A DNA stretch of 64,000 nucleotides. Source: Microbotryum violaceum. Its lineage: Eukaryota. The notes beneath the pieces were generated by a model. That model was not told where the DNA came from. It made no database searches and saw only the letters and a program-made list of their open reading frames with translations. The stretch covers positions 310,001 through 374,000 of the forward strand of contig CDLV01000011.1 of NCBI GenBank assembly GCA_001244265.2, read 5' to 3'. This document shows, in pieces, positions 36,312 through 49,322 of this stretch (positions are counted from its first letter, which is position 1; each line of letters starts with the position of its first letter). The position numbers and the translations under genes were made by a program.

Positions 36312-37498
36312 TTACGACCGGGGTCGGACTGGAGAACGGCTTCGTTGCCGTGAAGGAGGCCTGTCGTGCTCATAATGACGACCAACATCCCGCTCATTGG
36401 AACGATATCTTTGGTCTGGTTCCTGACAAGCGTGTGTCCGGTAGTTTGATCGTCGGTCCTCGGGGTATGCTAGCCTGGCACGGCGATCGGGTTCGTTCTT
36501 GTCACTACCTTGTTGGCCACTATCGGGTCGCCGACGCAAGTCGTTGCTGTAACGGGCCTCCTCCTCCAGGCGATGTCGGCTCCGGGGCGAGGATGCATCG
36601 GTGCTTCGGTGTCGCGGCGAGTTTTCGCGGGGCCGCTGATGCTGGGCATGCGAAGAATGTCGATGGCGGTCACGGGAAAACGGTTCGTGGCGGCTCCTCT
36701 CTTCCCTCTTGATGGCGCGTTCGGCGCGGCGGACTTCTTTCTCCAATCTTTTCCGCTCCTTTTCCCTGTTTCTTGCTTCTTTCGCGAGAGCCTTCTCGTA
36801 CGGGTCGACGCTGTCGTCCCGAGGAGGTGAAGGCGATTGACCGAACGGGGGCGAAGGTTTGCGCACCGCAGGGGCGTACCCTCTAACTCGGCATCGCAAG
36901 CGCATAGGGAAACCAAGGGGTCAGTTCCCGGGGGGGCCTCCTCTTACAGGTACAAGATGGCCGTTCGGACTGACAAGGCGAGAGCGAGGGCATCCTCTTC
37001 GGCCTCCTTGATCTTGCGCAATTCGCGACGGCGTTGTCGCTCAATCTCGTCCTGGGTCTGGTCCTTGTCCTTGTTATACCACGCTAGGTCGCGGCCGTTC
37101 TGCCATCTACCAACAGGGGCGAGGATCGAGTGTCCGAGGTAATGTTCTCGATCTTTGTCCTAATCCCGGGGTGAACAACCGAGGCTCTCGTGGGTTGGTG
37201 AATCGGACAAGGGTGTGAAGTAGCGAGCGACGCGGTACTTACCGCCGCTACGTCAGACCATTTAAAGTCCCCCTGACCGCCTCTATTGCCAGGTTCGAGA
37301 TCGATGAAGATTGTTAGTTTGAATTTTTCAAGGTCGACCCCACGCGGCGCAGCGCATGCCACGGATGAAGCAAAGCACGAACCGAGTACCTCCACTGCCA
37401 AAAGACATGAAGCATGCACTGGGGTCAGCATGAGCCTCTCCATGCACTCGGAGCAGGTAGACCGGGCAGGATTCGACTTACCGGACGGGGTTATACAT
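36312..37498 (-). CDS. MMTAG2 (C1orf35)-like protein
   Basis: Spliced N-terminus [47 protein letters not shown], then an R/S/D-rich tail. Confidence 0.85.
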
Positions 37499-37852
37499 GC
37501 TGTTCGTGCGATGGATTGATCGGCACAGCGTGGGATGCGACTAAGCGACTAATCGCACCCGCCGACTACCCGCGCCAAACCAGCTTGAGGCGCTGTCACG
37601 GTGAAATGCCCTAATCGCAAAGGAGGCCGATCGGTAATCGATCTTGCGAGATCTTGCGCGTGTTTTGGGGGACACGCGCCGTGCCTCGCGAACCCGGCGC
37701 GCCCCTTCGCCGTCACCTCTTGCCACCCCACGTCAACATCCGACTTTGCGGTTGTGCGTGCGTGCGTGCGTGCTCGTGTGTGCTCGTCTGCGTCGGCCGT
37801 GAAGCGCTCGCACCGTCTACGAAGCGGGGAACGGTCACCGCACCGATCGGCG

Positions 37853-40272
37853 ATGGCCAGCTCGACGCTTGCGACTGCGGGCCGATTCGCGCTATCGAGC
37901 TCGGCCGGCGGCGCAGGGGCTGGCGCTGGCTCGTCAGGCGTGGCCAACTCGCACGAACTCGCTCGCCAGCGCCAACAATTCCTGCCAGCATCCACTCCGG
38001 GTAGCGAGTACCCACCCCAGCCGTCCAACTATCATTTTGGTCAGTCCCCGCGTGTTTGTTTCGTCCCCTTTGCATGGGCGGTGATGACGCTTGGCGCGTG
38101 TCGGGCTGGCGAACCCCCCCCCCCCCGCCTCGGTGTGCGACGGAGTGAGCACAGACGGCTTGGCATGCCGTGTCCCACAAGCTGTCTGGATCCAGCATCA
38201 ATTGGCCACGCCGTGGGCAACTTACCCAGGGGGACGACAGGGGTGCGTGTGATGCGACCTCCTCCGCTGACTCTCTCGCGAGCTGGCGCACCTTGGTCAA
38301 TGCACAGACGTCAAGGACACGCAGCATGTCCCATCGTCGCTCTACGAATCCAGCCCGTATCCGAATTACCGATCCTCCCAGCAGTCCAATGGCTCGATTA
38401 TGTCCTCCAAGGATGCTGATACTCCACTTTCGTCCTTCCTGGCCCGCTCATTCGCTCAAGCCAAACGTTCCATCATCTCCTCGACCACGAAACCGAGCGC
38501 CCCGTCGAGCGAGACGCCTCTGGTTCAATCCGCGCTCTCGTCCGTTCGCGAGAGCGTGCCTTTTATCTTGCTGTGCTCGGCATGGTACATGAGCTCGGCC
38601 ATGTCCTCCAACACGGGCAAGAGCATCTTGACGCAGTTCCGCTATCCTGTCAGTCTCTCAACCACGGCCAACTCTGCGATCCTCTTCTTGCTCCAAGTTC
38701 TGACTGAGATTGTTTGTCGTATCTTGCGCAATACATTTTTCTTTTCTTTCGCAGGTCACTTTGACAATAGTTCAGTTCGCCTTTGTGGCTTCCTATTGTG
38801 TGGTCATACTCGCAGTCCGGGAGAGGGTCGCCGTAGCTTCCGCTTCGACCGGTGGGGGTGGGCTGACGTCCCGACGCGGGAGCATGCCCATCAAAGGATT
38901 TGGCATTCGGAAGCCGTCGCGCGCCATGTTCCAAGGAACGCTCATGATGAGTCTTTTCCAAATCGCCGGCCACGTATTCTCCAGTATGGCTATCGCGCGA
39001 GTGCCTGTCAGCACCGTGCACACAATCAAGGTCCGTGAATCTCCACGTACGCGCAGGTTCGTTCGTCCCGCCTCGCCCTTCCTAACGCGATCCGTTAATT
39101 GCGTGCAGGCCTTGTCGCCACTCTTCACCGTGATGGCCTATGCAATGCTGTTCCGCGTCAGCTATAGCTCAGCGACCTACCTCGCGTTGCTGCCTTTAAC
39201 TGTCGGCGTCATGTTGGCATGCTCCTTCGATCTGCGCGCCAATGCCGTCGGTTTCTTGTGTGCACTCGGATCAACGCTCGTTTTCGTCTCTCAAAACATT
39301 TTTTCCAAGAAGCTACTGCCCAAAGAATCGAGCACGGGCGCGCATGTCAACACTGGCGGGCCTAATAGCGGCAAACTCGACAAACTCAACCTACTCTTTT
39401 ACTCGTCCGGGATGGCCTTCGTGCTCATGATCCCGATCTGGCTCTACTCTGATGGGTGGGCGCTGCTGTTTCGACCTACACCGCCTGCGCTCGCGAACGC
39501 GCCCCCTGGGACGGCGGCCAGTCTCGCCTTCAACTTCTTCCTCAACGGAACCGTGCACTTTGCCCAGAACCTCATTGCGTTCTCAATTCTTGCGCGAACG
39601 TCCCCCGTTACCTACTCGATCGCGTCGCTGGTCAAGCGCATCGCCGTCATTTGCATCGCGATCATCTGGTCGGGCCAAAAAGTGACATTGATTCAGGGCA
39701 TGGGCATGACGATGACGTTCGGGGGCCTCTGGATGTACAATCGCGCAAAGTCGGACGTCGACAAGGGGGAACGCAAGCGTGGCCAAGTCGAAAAGCGTCA
39801 GGAGATGTTCTTGCCGACGACCGCAGGCGACGCTCGCGATCTCAACACGCCCACCCCGCCACCCGGCGGTCTAGGCATCCTCACACAGGTCGGAGGGGGG
39901 GCGAATTCGGTGCCGGCTCCCTATTCCAATGGCCTCGGCCTCGGCCACGTACCACCTCCTCCCCATGCGTCTCAATACCTAGTTCCTGTCGGGCCTGCAC
40001 CCGGGTCTCATCCGCATTTATCGCCGTCACAGGGCCAGCCGACGGCCCATCCGCCCCATGCGAGCCACGCCATGCCGCCCCGACCGCAGCAAAATCGTTA
40101 CGAGGTTCCTTTGAGCACGGCTCTATCTCGGGGCTTACAACCTGCCGCCGAGAATCCGCCTGGGAGACGGTCTTGGGAAGGCTCGGCTGTGCACCACAGC
40201 GTGACGTCTCCGCGAATTTCAGCCGCCACGATGCCACCAGCGCCGGTTCAATCGAGTGTTCGATACCTCTAA
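37853..40272 (+). CDS. Triose-phosphate/nucleotide-sugar transporter family (Sly41-like); start approximate
   Basis: WYMSSAMSSNTGKSIL, VPVSTVHTIKALSPLFTV, KLDKLNLLFYSS and SPVTYSIASLVKR. Confidence 0.88.
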
Positions 40273-40781
40273 TAACTTCAGATTCCTTAGCTTGACTATT
40301 GTCTTGTCAATGATAGGTCTTTCTCATCTGACTGTTGCGATCAACCCTAGAATTTCGTTTTACTGCCATTTCTAACTCCACTTGCGCCGGGTCCTCTTCC
40401 TGCCCGCCGGACACTTCTGGGATTTCTATACGTCGCAAGAATGTGTTTCCTCTTTTCGCAAACTGCTCAGTTCCTAGTACACCTCTTTTATTATATCGTA
40501 GCGCACACTCGTTAGAATGTTTTTTTTCTGGCAAGTCTCGTCAGTGTGTAATGAATTACCGGCTCCACCTTGAAAGATGCGATCATGCAAGACTCATGGC
40601 AGGCAGCACGTTTGGAATCTCTCTCGGAACACGTCAATGGGACTGGACGCCGAGAATGCAGGAAAAGAGCGGCGCTCTTTTTTTGTGCTCATTGCATCAA
40701 CACGCTGTGAATGCAATGGGAACAGACCCTCCCCCCGAATTCGTATCGTTCCTCCTCCCAGCCAATGATCGTACTCCACGA

Positions 40782-41569
40782 TTACTTGAGAGGGATCTGT
40801 GGGACGCCGTGGGTCACATAGCGTCAGGATCTGACACTTGTTTCGCATGCTTAGGTCGTGGCGGCGCTCGAAGAAACTTACGAATCGGGACGAGTGGGTA
40901 GCACCGATACCGGGGCGACCGTGGCGGACGGGCTTGTAAGAGATGGAGAACTCGGCCAAGTAGAAACCGACCATTTCGGGCTTGATCTCGACAGCGTCTG
41001 AGCAAGTCAGGACGGTAGGGCATGGTGAGCACCGGGGAAAGCCAAGAGTTGGAGGTAATTGGCAGTTGAGAGGAGGGCGCCGGTTCGGGAGGGCAAGAGA
41101 CTTACTGAAGACCTTTCCGTTGTAGATACCGACGACCGAGCCAATCATCTCGGGGACGATGATCATGTTGCGCAAGTGGGTCTTGACAACTGCGGGCTTC
41201 TCGCCGGCGGGGGCATCCTTCTTGGCCGTTCGCAACTTCTTCATGAGCGCCATAGGCTTGCGCTTCAAGCCACGTTGGAAACGTCTGCGAGCACGGGCAT
41301 GGACGAGCTCGGTGAACGCCGCCGAGTCGAGGTCGAGTAATTGAGAAAGCTGTGGAACAACGTGAACGGTTGGGTTAGTTCGGCGCCTTGGGTTGTCGTA
41401 TGTTGGCAATGCGCGGCGGGCAGGAAGCGGCGGCGGGGGCGGCGCAGGCGTGGCGCGGGCAAGAGGAACAAGAGGAAGCGGCCACGACACTGACCTCGAC
41501 ACCACGGTAGGTGAACTTCTTGAACGTGCGCTTTCGGCGGTTCTCGGCGGCGATTTCGTCAGCGTTCAT
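40782..41569 (-). CDS. RPS15: 40S ribosomal protein S15 (uS19)
   Basis: [38 protein letters not shown] and [17 protein letters not shown]. Confidence 0.97.
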
Positions 41570-42633
41570 GATGGCTGTCAGACAAAAGAACGCGGGCAGA
41601 GGCAAGATGTGTCCGTCAGTCTCAACAGTCTTATGACGAGCTTCGCGCGGGAACCAGGCAGGCTCGTTCAATGCGCGACGATTTGGGCAAGCCGACGAGT
41701 CGCACACGGGGGTCGATGGAGGTCCCAAAAACGAAGAAAGCGAATATTGCATGCCGGTGGTGGTGGTGCATGGCGACGGTCGACGGCGGGAATGCCGATG
41801 GCGCGAGGAGGATGCTGCGACCGTCGCAGGAGCTGTGCTGGCTGGTGGTGCACGGGCGGGGCAGCAGACTCCGGCGCCCACTGCGATGCGTCCTGCGACG
41901 TCGCTGGGCCGCCGCCCGAATCCATCGCATCGCACATCCTCCGTCTCCCGCTCGATGTACCCCGTCCAGTGCTGTCCAAACGGCATGTGTTGGCAACACC
42001 AGATATAGACCGGGCCCGAAGCGGCGGTCGAGTCGATGTGTCGTCCATCACAGCCGGCTACAGCGCCGTCGAAAAAAAGGGCTCGGGCACACACAGTGCG
42101 TGGACCAGAGCGCCGACAGCAATACGGTCAAGTCGGATCGAAAGTGGGTGTGACGGGAGGGTGCTGATGATCTGAACGAAGAGGTGACCGTATGGTTCAT
42201 GAAGCCTTACCTATGGTTCGTGGACGGGAAAGAGGTAAAACAGACGTCAGGCCCGTCAGCGCGCGCCTCCATTTGCCCCGTTTGGCCCAGCAATTTTCGA
42301 GCGAGCCACAGGCGCACCAGGCCACCAGACAGGGCCAGACCAGGCTTACCGCTCTTGACGCCGGGGCCGGGCCCGTTGTCGGCGCGCGGCGCAACGCGCA
42401 GTGGGCACGCTCTGCGGGGGCGTCGCGCTTAGCCGCCGCGATGTTAGAGCCTCCAGTGCTTCAACACTGGTGACTGGCCTTCGGCCTCTCTGTAGTAGCG
42501 AAAACTTGGTACACTTTATAAAATGCGCATCCGGTTACTCAAGATAGAAAGGCCCCTAGCCGGGCAGACACTAAGCTGGGGGAGTTGCCAACTTGCCACG
42601 GACTTTTGGAAATTGGGCATTTGATCTGACTTT

Positions 42634-43553
42634 CAAGGGTCCGCATTAGATCAGATCAGATCGAGTTCAGATCAATCAAGCCTCGAGAAAAAAAAATCCA
42701 AAAGTAGGCGGTACCTAGATGGTGCCATTGTGTTTGAAGGGCCAACTGCGGCGCACCTGATCACTGCATGAGAGAGACAGGAGCGCGCCATCTGCCATCT
42801 GGCATTGCCGCCGCATTGGAGTGGGTGTCGGCCCCGCGCTACAGAAATACTACAGGGTGTGGTTGTGAGGGCCAGACGCAATTCGCAATTGCGAAGCGGC
42901 GATCACAGGGCGAAGTCGACGAACAACGAAGAAAAGACGGTGAACCGCTTGAGTTGAGTTGCAGAGGATAATGCAACTACAGTCGATGGATAAGATGTGT
43001 ACGAGATGGATCGGTAACTAGGCGAAGGGTTGAGTCCAGTTAACGATGGGGGAAGAAGCTAAAGAGAAAACGAGAGCTATCCGGGCGTAATCCGGGCGTA
43101 AGGCCATCTTGCGCGCGGATCCGGAATTTGGAAGGTGGACGCTGAGGTCGGAGCGAGACGGCGGCCTTACAGTGGTCCTCCTCTGGTGGGCCTTCGTTGC
43201 AGTGTCAGGTGCTGACTCATTGCAAACACTTTCTCATAGGGACAATGCGACCCAATCCAGTCATAGAAGCGGGGAGCTCCTCCAAAAAGTGGCGGCTTAG
43301 CAAGGTGATCACTTTGGAGGATGATGAGGATGAGGATGAGGATGAGTGGAGGAAGAAGAGGAGGATGTCAACATGTAGACATGTAGAAGTCTTAATGTGC
43401 CAAATTAGGCAATTTCATGTCTAGACCAAATTGCTCTGCTCAGATCAGATCAAGATCATATCAATCAAGGCAGAATCAATCAAGGCAGAATCAGAAAAAT
43501 CCAGATCTGATCTGATCTGATCTGACGGTGATCTGATCTAATGCGGATCCTTG
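42634..43553. mobile_element. Non-autonomous hAT-type DNA transposon (920 bp)
   Basis: TIRs CAAGGGTCCGCATTAGATCAGATCA / TGATCTGATCTAATGCGGATCCTTG (1 mismatch). Exact 8-bp TSD CTGACTTT at 42626-42633 and 43554-43561. Subterminal (ATCAG)n repeats. Confidence 0.9.
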
Positions 43554-43779
43554 CTGACTTTGAAGCAAGCACCGAGACGGCAACAAGTTGTCTGAAATCC
43601 TACGGCATTTTTCTCTGCTAGTACTCCCTTAGGTTTGTCAACAACCCGATTAGGTGTCTTCCTTGCGAATGAGTCCAGGCAAGTCAGCCGGTCGAACGCA
43701 GTGCCGCGACAGCAAGGTGTGAACGGTAAGGAACCCCTACAAGCTGCCGGGCCGAATTCGAATTTTAGAGCAACGACCC

Positions 43780-44270
43780 AACATCTCCCGCACGGAGCCA
43801 ATTAAAACGATGATCTGATCTCAAGAGATCTAAACGTTTTGACCATGAAATATTACCATGTAAATGCCATCTCCGTAAGCTTAGAGTTTGGCATCATAGG
43901 ACGCAGGCGCCGCCGGTCTAGTAAGAAATCCATTTCGATTTTCGGCCCCCGTCAAAGGCTAATATTAACACCTTGTGGATAGGTCATACCACCCCGTGCC
44001 CCGACAATCCTGGTATCGAGGTCATACCCGGCAGTTTTAATGCCATCAGTTTCTCTGAAAAAGCTGGATCTGAGCGCGATCCGACCTGCCAGGCCAGGCG
44101 CCTGCGGGGGTGTAGGAGTAGGAGGTCCAGGCTCCAACCGGACAAGTCTCCAACCGTCGCGGTCCGATCAGGCCACCTTCTCAATCTATCATCAAACCAC
44201 TGGAGCGGGAACATCCCATCGGGTAACTTCTCCTGTTTCGTAGCGGCGCGAGGCATACTATAGCTTTGCA
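43780..44270 (-). pseudogene. Possible degenerate Crypton/NDC10-domain-II tyrosine recombinase remnant
   Basis: Broken reading LMALKLPG..VLILAFD/GAENRNG..AA..D.KL*AYG..IY loosely matches the GKTN.NG..RH.D..lC..Ga...Y segment of fungal Cryptons. Confidence 0.3.
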
Positions 44271-44448
44271 GACCGACGCAGGACAAGCAAGTTCGAGTTG
44301 GGGTCGAGCGCGACGACGACATCCGATCTCTGACACCGCAAGGATTGCGCGATTTGCGTAGGTTGCAATGAGAGGGGCTCTTTACTGGTTCCAGGTTTTT
44401 TATATATACCGGCACTACTGACGGGCCCCGCCGGAGACCATTGCTAGT

Positions 44449-45699
44449 TTAGCTCTCCTGCACTCGAACACCAGGCGATGAGTCGGGCGTCGATACCGAC
44501 GCCGCCGAGCCCGACATCCACGCCTCCTTTTTGACCTTCCACCATTCAGCCAAGCGGTCTTGCACGGCTTCGATCGAGTCGACGGCGGGCCGCACGTCTA
44601 GCGAGAAGACGGGGTTCCCTTGCGCGTCTTCGGGAAGCGAGTAATAGTCGATCACATCTGCGAGGAGAGCCGCGAGCCACTCGAGCCGTAAGCAAGGGGG
44701 CTCAAAGGCCATCAACACGAGGAATGGTCGGACAGCCTGCACCACTCACATCGATGCTCGGTGTAGTTTTGGGTTGAAGAGGGTGCGGTGAATCCCGAAG
44801 ATGAGTCTCGCGGGATGGGGCGATGCACGAGCCAGTCATGTCGGTCGAATGGCTTGACCGATCTGTTCAACAGATTGGTCCGCCTTCAGCACGATTGCGC
44901 CACCAGGAACACAAATTGGTGCCGACCACGTACCCATAGTAGTTTGGAAACAATTTTCCCATCATCAGATGGTATCGCGCTTTCGGTGAAAGATCTTGTG
45001 GTCGACCTTGGAATCGCGCTAGCATCGACCGTGATCCGCTGCAAGAGTTGGCCCCCAACCCCCCCAGATCAGTTTTGTTCCCAGTAAATGGTGGAGATGA
45101 TCGCACTGCTTGTTGCGCACGTACCCATCGTGCTTCTCTTCCCACCTGCGAACCTGCGCCCACGCCTCCTCGTTGATCCAATTGTGAATATCGACCATTA
45201 TCTCCACCGACTCCTCGGGGGTTTCCCATCCTTTCCGAACGAGCGCATTATAGAATTGCTGGGGGCTCGGATATTCCCATTGACCAGGTTTGGTCGGTGC
45301 GGGCGCAGAGTCTCCGCTGCCATGCGCGACCGGACAGGCGGAGGGCCCGGCAGCGGAACCGGCGCCGGCGCTGGGTTTGGGGATCGAGGACATGGTACGT
45401 TCGAGTGGAAGCGCCATCTTTTGGCCGGGCGAACGGGCTTGTGCTAGCTCAGGGATATTGTTTGTCGGGTTGAACTCGCCCTGGGGCCGTGTTCGGGGGG
45501 TTGTCCCGCTGAGGCGCTGCAGCGAGGCATGATCGACCGGGCACGAGGTCGGCTGCGGTGAGTCCTTGGTGGCAACCAGTTCGTCTACGGCGACTGACAC
45601 CTTAAACGGCTCATGCATCGGGCATCCCGCTGGTAGGGCTGAGGGTTTTGAGGCTGAAGTTGTAGGGTCTGATGTAGAGCTCGACTGTGCTGCGCCCAT
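44449..45699 (-). CDS. CYC3: Holocytochrome c synthase (cytochrome c heme lyase)
   Basis: CPM/CPV heme-regulatory motifs, WEYPSPQQFYNALVRKGW, IHNWINEEAW, FDRHDW and VIDYY..LDVRPA. Confidence 0.92.
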
Positions 45700-46126
45700 C
45701 TGCAAGTTGGTGATGTGCGTGAAAGCTGCTTAAAGGTGAGAGGTCTGTTGCGAAGGTAGTCCAGTCAGCCGTCGCTCCGAATATAGTGTCGGCGACAATC
45801 TGCAAGACCTTGCGATAGATCGATATTCCGCCGGATATTTAATGGCCTCGCTCGGTCTTGCATATCTCTGTGCGAGGACTCTAAAAAAAAAGCGAAAGTA
45901 AGCAATCTTACTCGTTTGTCATTTTTGTATGTCTACTGAACATATCCCGGCCAGGGCTAGCTATAGACTCAAGGCCAGCTCTGGCCAGCTGCAGGTGAGC
46001 CCGGCTATTACTGCCCGGCTCGATCCTGCAGGTGGCCTCTCCGACTCGGTCACGCCGTGCCACGCGCTGCTATCAGCTAGCTATCAGCATCACCCTAGCG
46101 TCGTCCACAGAACGAATTCGAGCTGG

Positions 46127-47214
46127 ATGGGATGGTCAGCGACCCTAGCTGCGGTGGCTATGGCCGTCGGTCCGCCGTTGGCCTACAGTGATCAATTCGT
46201 CTCCATCATTCGCAAACGATCCTCGGCCGGATTCAGCACGGATGTGCCGGGGGTCTTGCTCTTTGCCAACATCACGCGGTGCTTTTATTGGCTGGGAGCT
46301 CGGTTCCAACTGGCGCTCCTGGTCCAGGTACGATCTCGGATCTGTTCTCACGCCAATCGCTCATATCACTGATAACGTGTCCATACTCCCACACGCCCTC
46401 GTTCGTCACGTCACTCCCCGCACCGTCGCCCCACCCCCGGTTCGCTTGCCCATGTAACCAACCCATCACCTCCACTTGACACTCGCTATGCTATAGTCGC
46501 TGTTGATGATCGCCGCTCAACTGGCGTTGCTATACGTCTGTCTCCTCTTTCGCGAAAAGCGCGATGTAATCGACCCGAGGTCGCTGCAAGAGACGGAAGG
46601 GCTTCATCAGCCCGTGAACGAAGAACCCATCTCGACGTCTCGTGTTCATCATCGACCCTTCAAGCTGTGGCAATGGGTCTCGTTCGGCAGCTATCTCGAA
46701 TGCATCGCCGGGCTCATTGCGGTACACTGCCTCCTTTTCTTAACCCTGCACTGGATCCCATTTTACGTCGACCTGCTCGGCTTCGTCGCCCTCGGGTCTG
46801 AAGCGACCTTGCCAATCCCGCAAGTGCTCGTCAATTATGAGCGCAGGTCGACAGCCGGATTTCGCTACACGGTCTTGATCGGTTGGGCCGGTGGTGATCT
46901 TATCAAGACGATCTACTTCTTCGCAACTGAGAACAATGGCCCGGCCTTCAAGGTTCGTAGGCCTCGCTTCGAAGTTGCTCCTGGGGTCGGGTCCGATACC
47001 GCGAGGCTTCCATCTGAACCTCTCTTTTATCCCAACCGTGGCACAGATATGCGCCCTGTTTCAGCTTTCGGTCGACATGCTGCTCTGCATTCAAACTTGG
47101 ATGTATAGGGCTAAAACCCAACGGGATCTGCAGTCGAATTCGCTCCTCCGCGAAGAGCCTGGCCTCGCAGGAACTCGGGGATTATACGATGTCGCCAGTC
47201 CAGAGGATTCATGA
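46127..47214 (+). CDS. PQ-loop repeat membrane protein (PQLC1/Any1-like)
   Basis: GPPLAYSDQ..SSAGFS..ANITRCFYWLG and EATLPIPQVLVNY..STAGFR..GWAGGDLIK. Confidence 0.88.
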
Positions 47215-49322
47215 TATCGTAGTTTCCCGTTGTGTATTCCTTCAGCCTTACTTCCCGTGGAAGGTTCCAGTAAATGGCTTCCTGTGAAAGGCTAATATGA
47301 CTCACTGTCCAAGATCCGCCTAGTTGGGATGAACGTCATCGATTCAAATTCAGAGACTCGGTGCCGTGCCGGCACTCCAGCCGGGCGGCCCCATGCCAGC
47401 TGAGAAGCAGGGCCAGAATGTATGGTCGTCTCTTCTGTGCAGACTACCTTGACCTTGATAAAGATTATCTGACATGACTGATTTGATTCACTGATTTTGA
47501 AAACTTAAAACTCTTTGTGCGTTGCTCGCGAGTTTGATTCGTTCAACATGACAACGTTGATCTGCTTGCCAAAAGACCGCCGGAGCTTGTGTAAGGTACT
47601 ATGCGCCTCTGATGTGCATAGAATACAATCTGTCGTTCATGACCGCTACTCTAAAATCAAATTGAAATTAGAACTCGATAGTTTTAGCTACTCAGAGGCT
47701 ACTTATGGGGCTGTTTCTGTAGGGCCTCTCACAGCTTGGCTCTCTCCAAGGGTCTCTCGGGCATCTATCCAGGTCCTTAAGGGCGTCTCGTACCTTTATG
47801 AGAAAACTCAAGGGTTTCAGGGCGTATGGTCGGTCCTGTAAGACTGACAGTAGAACTAAGCGACTGTGATGTAATTTTGTGGTATCAAGCCTGATTAGCC
47901 ACTGTGCACTGTGAGCTTCGCGGCGTGGTCCGGGCTTCCAGAATTTTCACACATATTGAAAAGGAAGAAAACTCTAACAGTGTGATTTTGTTGGCGCCTT
48001 GGGCTCTTCAGATGCCTTTGTAATCCTTTCAAAGCAGGTCAAAGCGGTGCGGGGCTTCCGAGACTTTTCGAGGCTTTTTCGAGCTTTTTCGTGCGTCGCA
48101 GAGCCTCGCAGAGCTGGGGGAGCGGCGCCTCAGCTCTGCCTCTCTCACTCTTTTCCCTCTCTATCGAGCCTGTGGACCGACACGCACGCCGTTCACCACC
48201 CTCTTTCGCAATCGCGTGTTGTCTTTCTGCGTGGAACATCAAACCCAAATTTCCGAGCACGAGCTCCCGATACTGCCTCTGATGCCTTGCACAATAACGT
48301 GGCAGTGGCCGCGATGAGCCGCCGAAGCTCCTGCGAGAGGGTGATTTACTTCCTCACCCCGCTCAAGATGCGAGACACAAGACGCGGCACTAGTCTTGAT
48401 CTCTTCCATCCAGCCCACTCCTGGTAAGTCGCTCTTTTTCCTCTGGCGCCTTCCCTATGACGACAAATCATCCACGCATGGCTTTCCAAGCAGCCTCCGT
48501 CTTGACCGACAGGCGAGGGTCAAACGCTCGTTTCACGACCGTCCTCGTCCGGCTGCGATGCAGAGTTATACATTATCAAGCATATGACTGAGGGAATCAT
48601 GGGCAACATGAGGCAGAGGCCTCAGCCACCGCGCATACGATACCTCCTTAGCTGACAGTGCTGTTCGACTCGCCTCCAGGTGCGTTCGGCTTCAACGGGC
48701 TATCGCAAGGAAAGGTGATTGACTGCCCACCGCCCAAGAATCATATTGCGCACACATGGCAACTCGACCTAGCACAAATCGTGAGTCTGTGCCTCTATAT
48801 CACGTCAATCTCGTCTCCACGACCGCGACCCGACCAGTACCATTACAGAGCAGCACGCGCCCGCAAACTTCACCACGGATGATCGATGATGATATTACAA
48901 TACCGTAACATGTTAGACTGCGAATGGACTTCCTTTACAGGGGTCTTGATGCCGAGACATATTCATCTGATTGCACGTCAGACTGAGATCATTCCGTTTA
49001 CCACCATCGCGTTCACGCACTCGGCCGACAATGCCACGTCGTATCGCGTTATCGCGTGTCTCGCCCACAACAAGCCTTCTCTGGCGTCTTGGAACGCCGT
49101 ACTGATCAGTCCTGGTTGTTCAATACGACTCTCGAACGCAGTACAGAGTCCCTTCCCATTATTGACTTTGGCGAAGGGCAAGATTTAGCCATTCTGTGCA
49201 AGGTGAGTACGCTTGGAGCCCGGGCGATGCCGAGTTTTCTACACCCGCCAACAGAACAAGCGAGTGCAGCTATATAAGATCCCACTCTCGCATGCTCCGT
49301 TGTTATGAACCATTTTGCCCAT

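Noticed and set aside
42160-42180. C/D snoRNA near RPS15 (TGATGA followed by CTGA)
   Set aside because: The boxes are adjacent, with no guide region or terminal stem.
47300-49250. Short ORFs in the long intergenic stretch (including kinase-like QVLKGVSYL)
   Set aside because: A single weak motif with no other kinase subdomains; cannot be supported.
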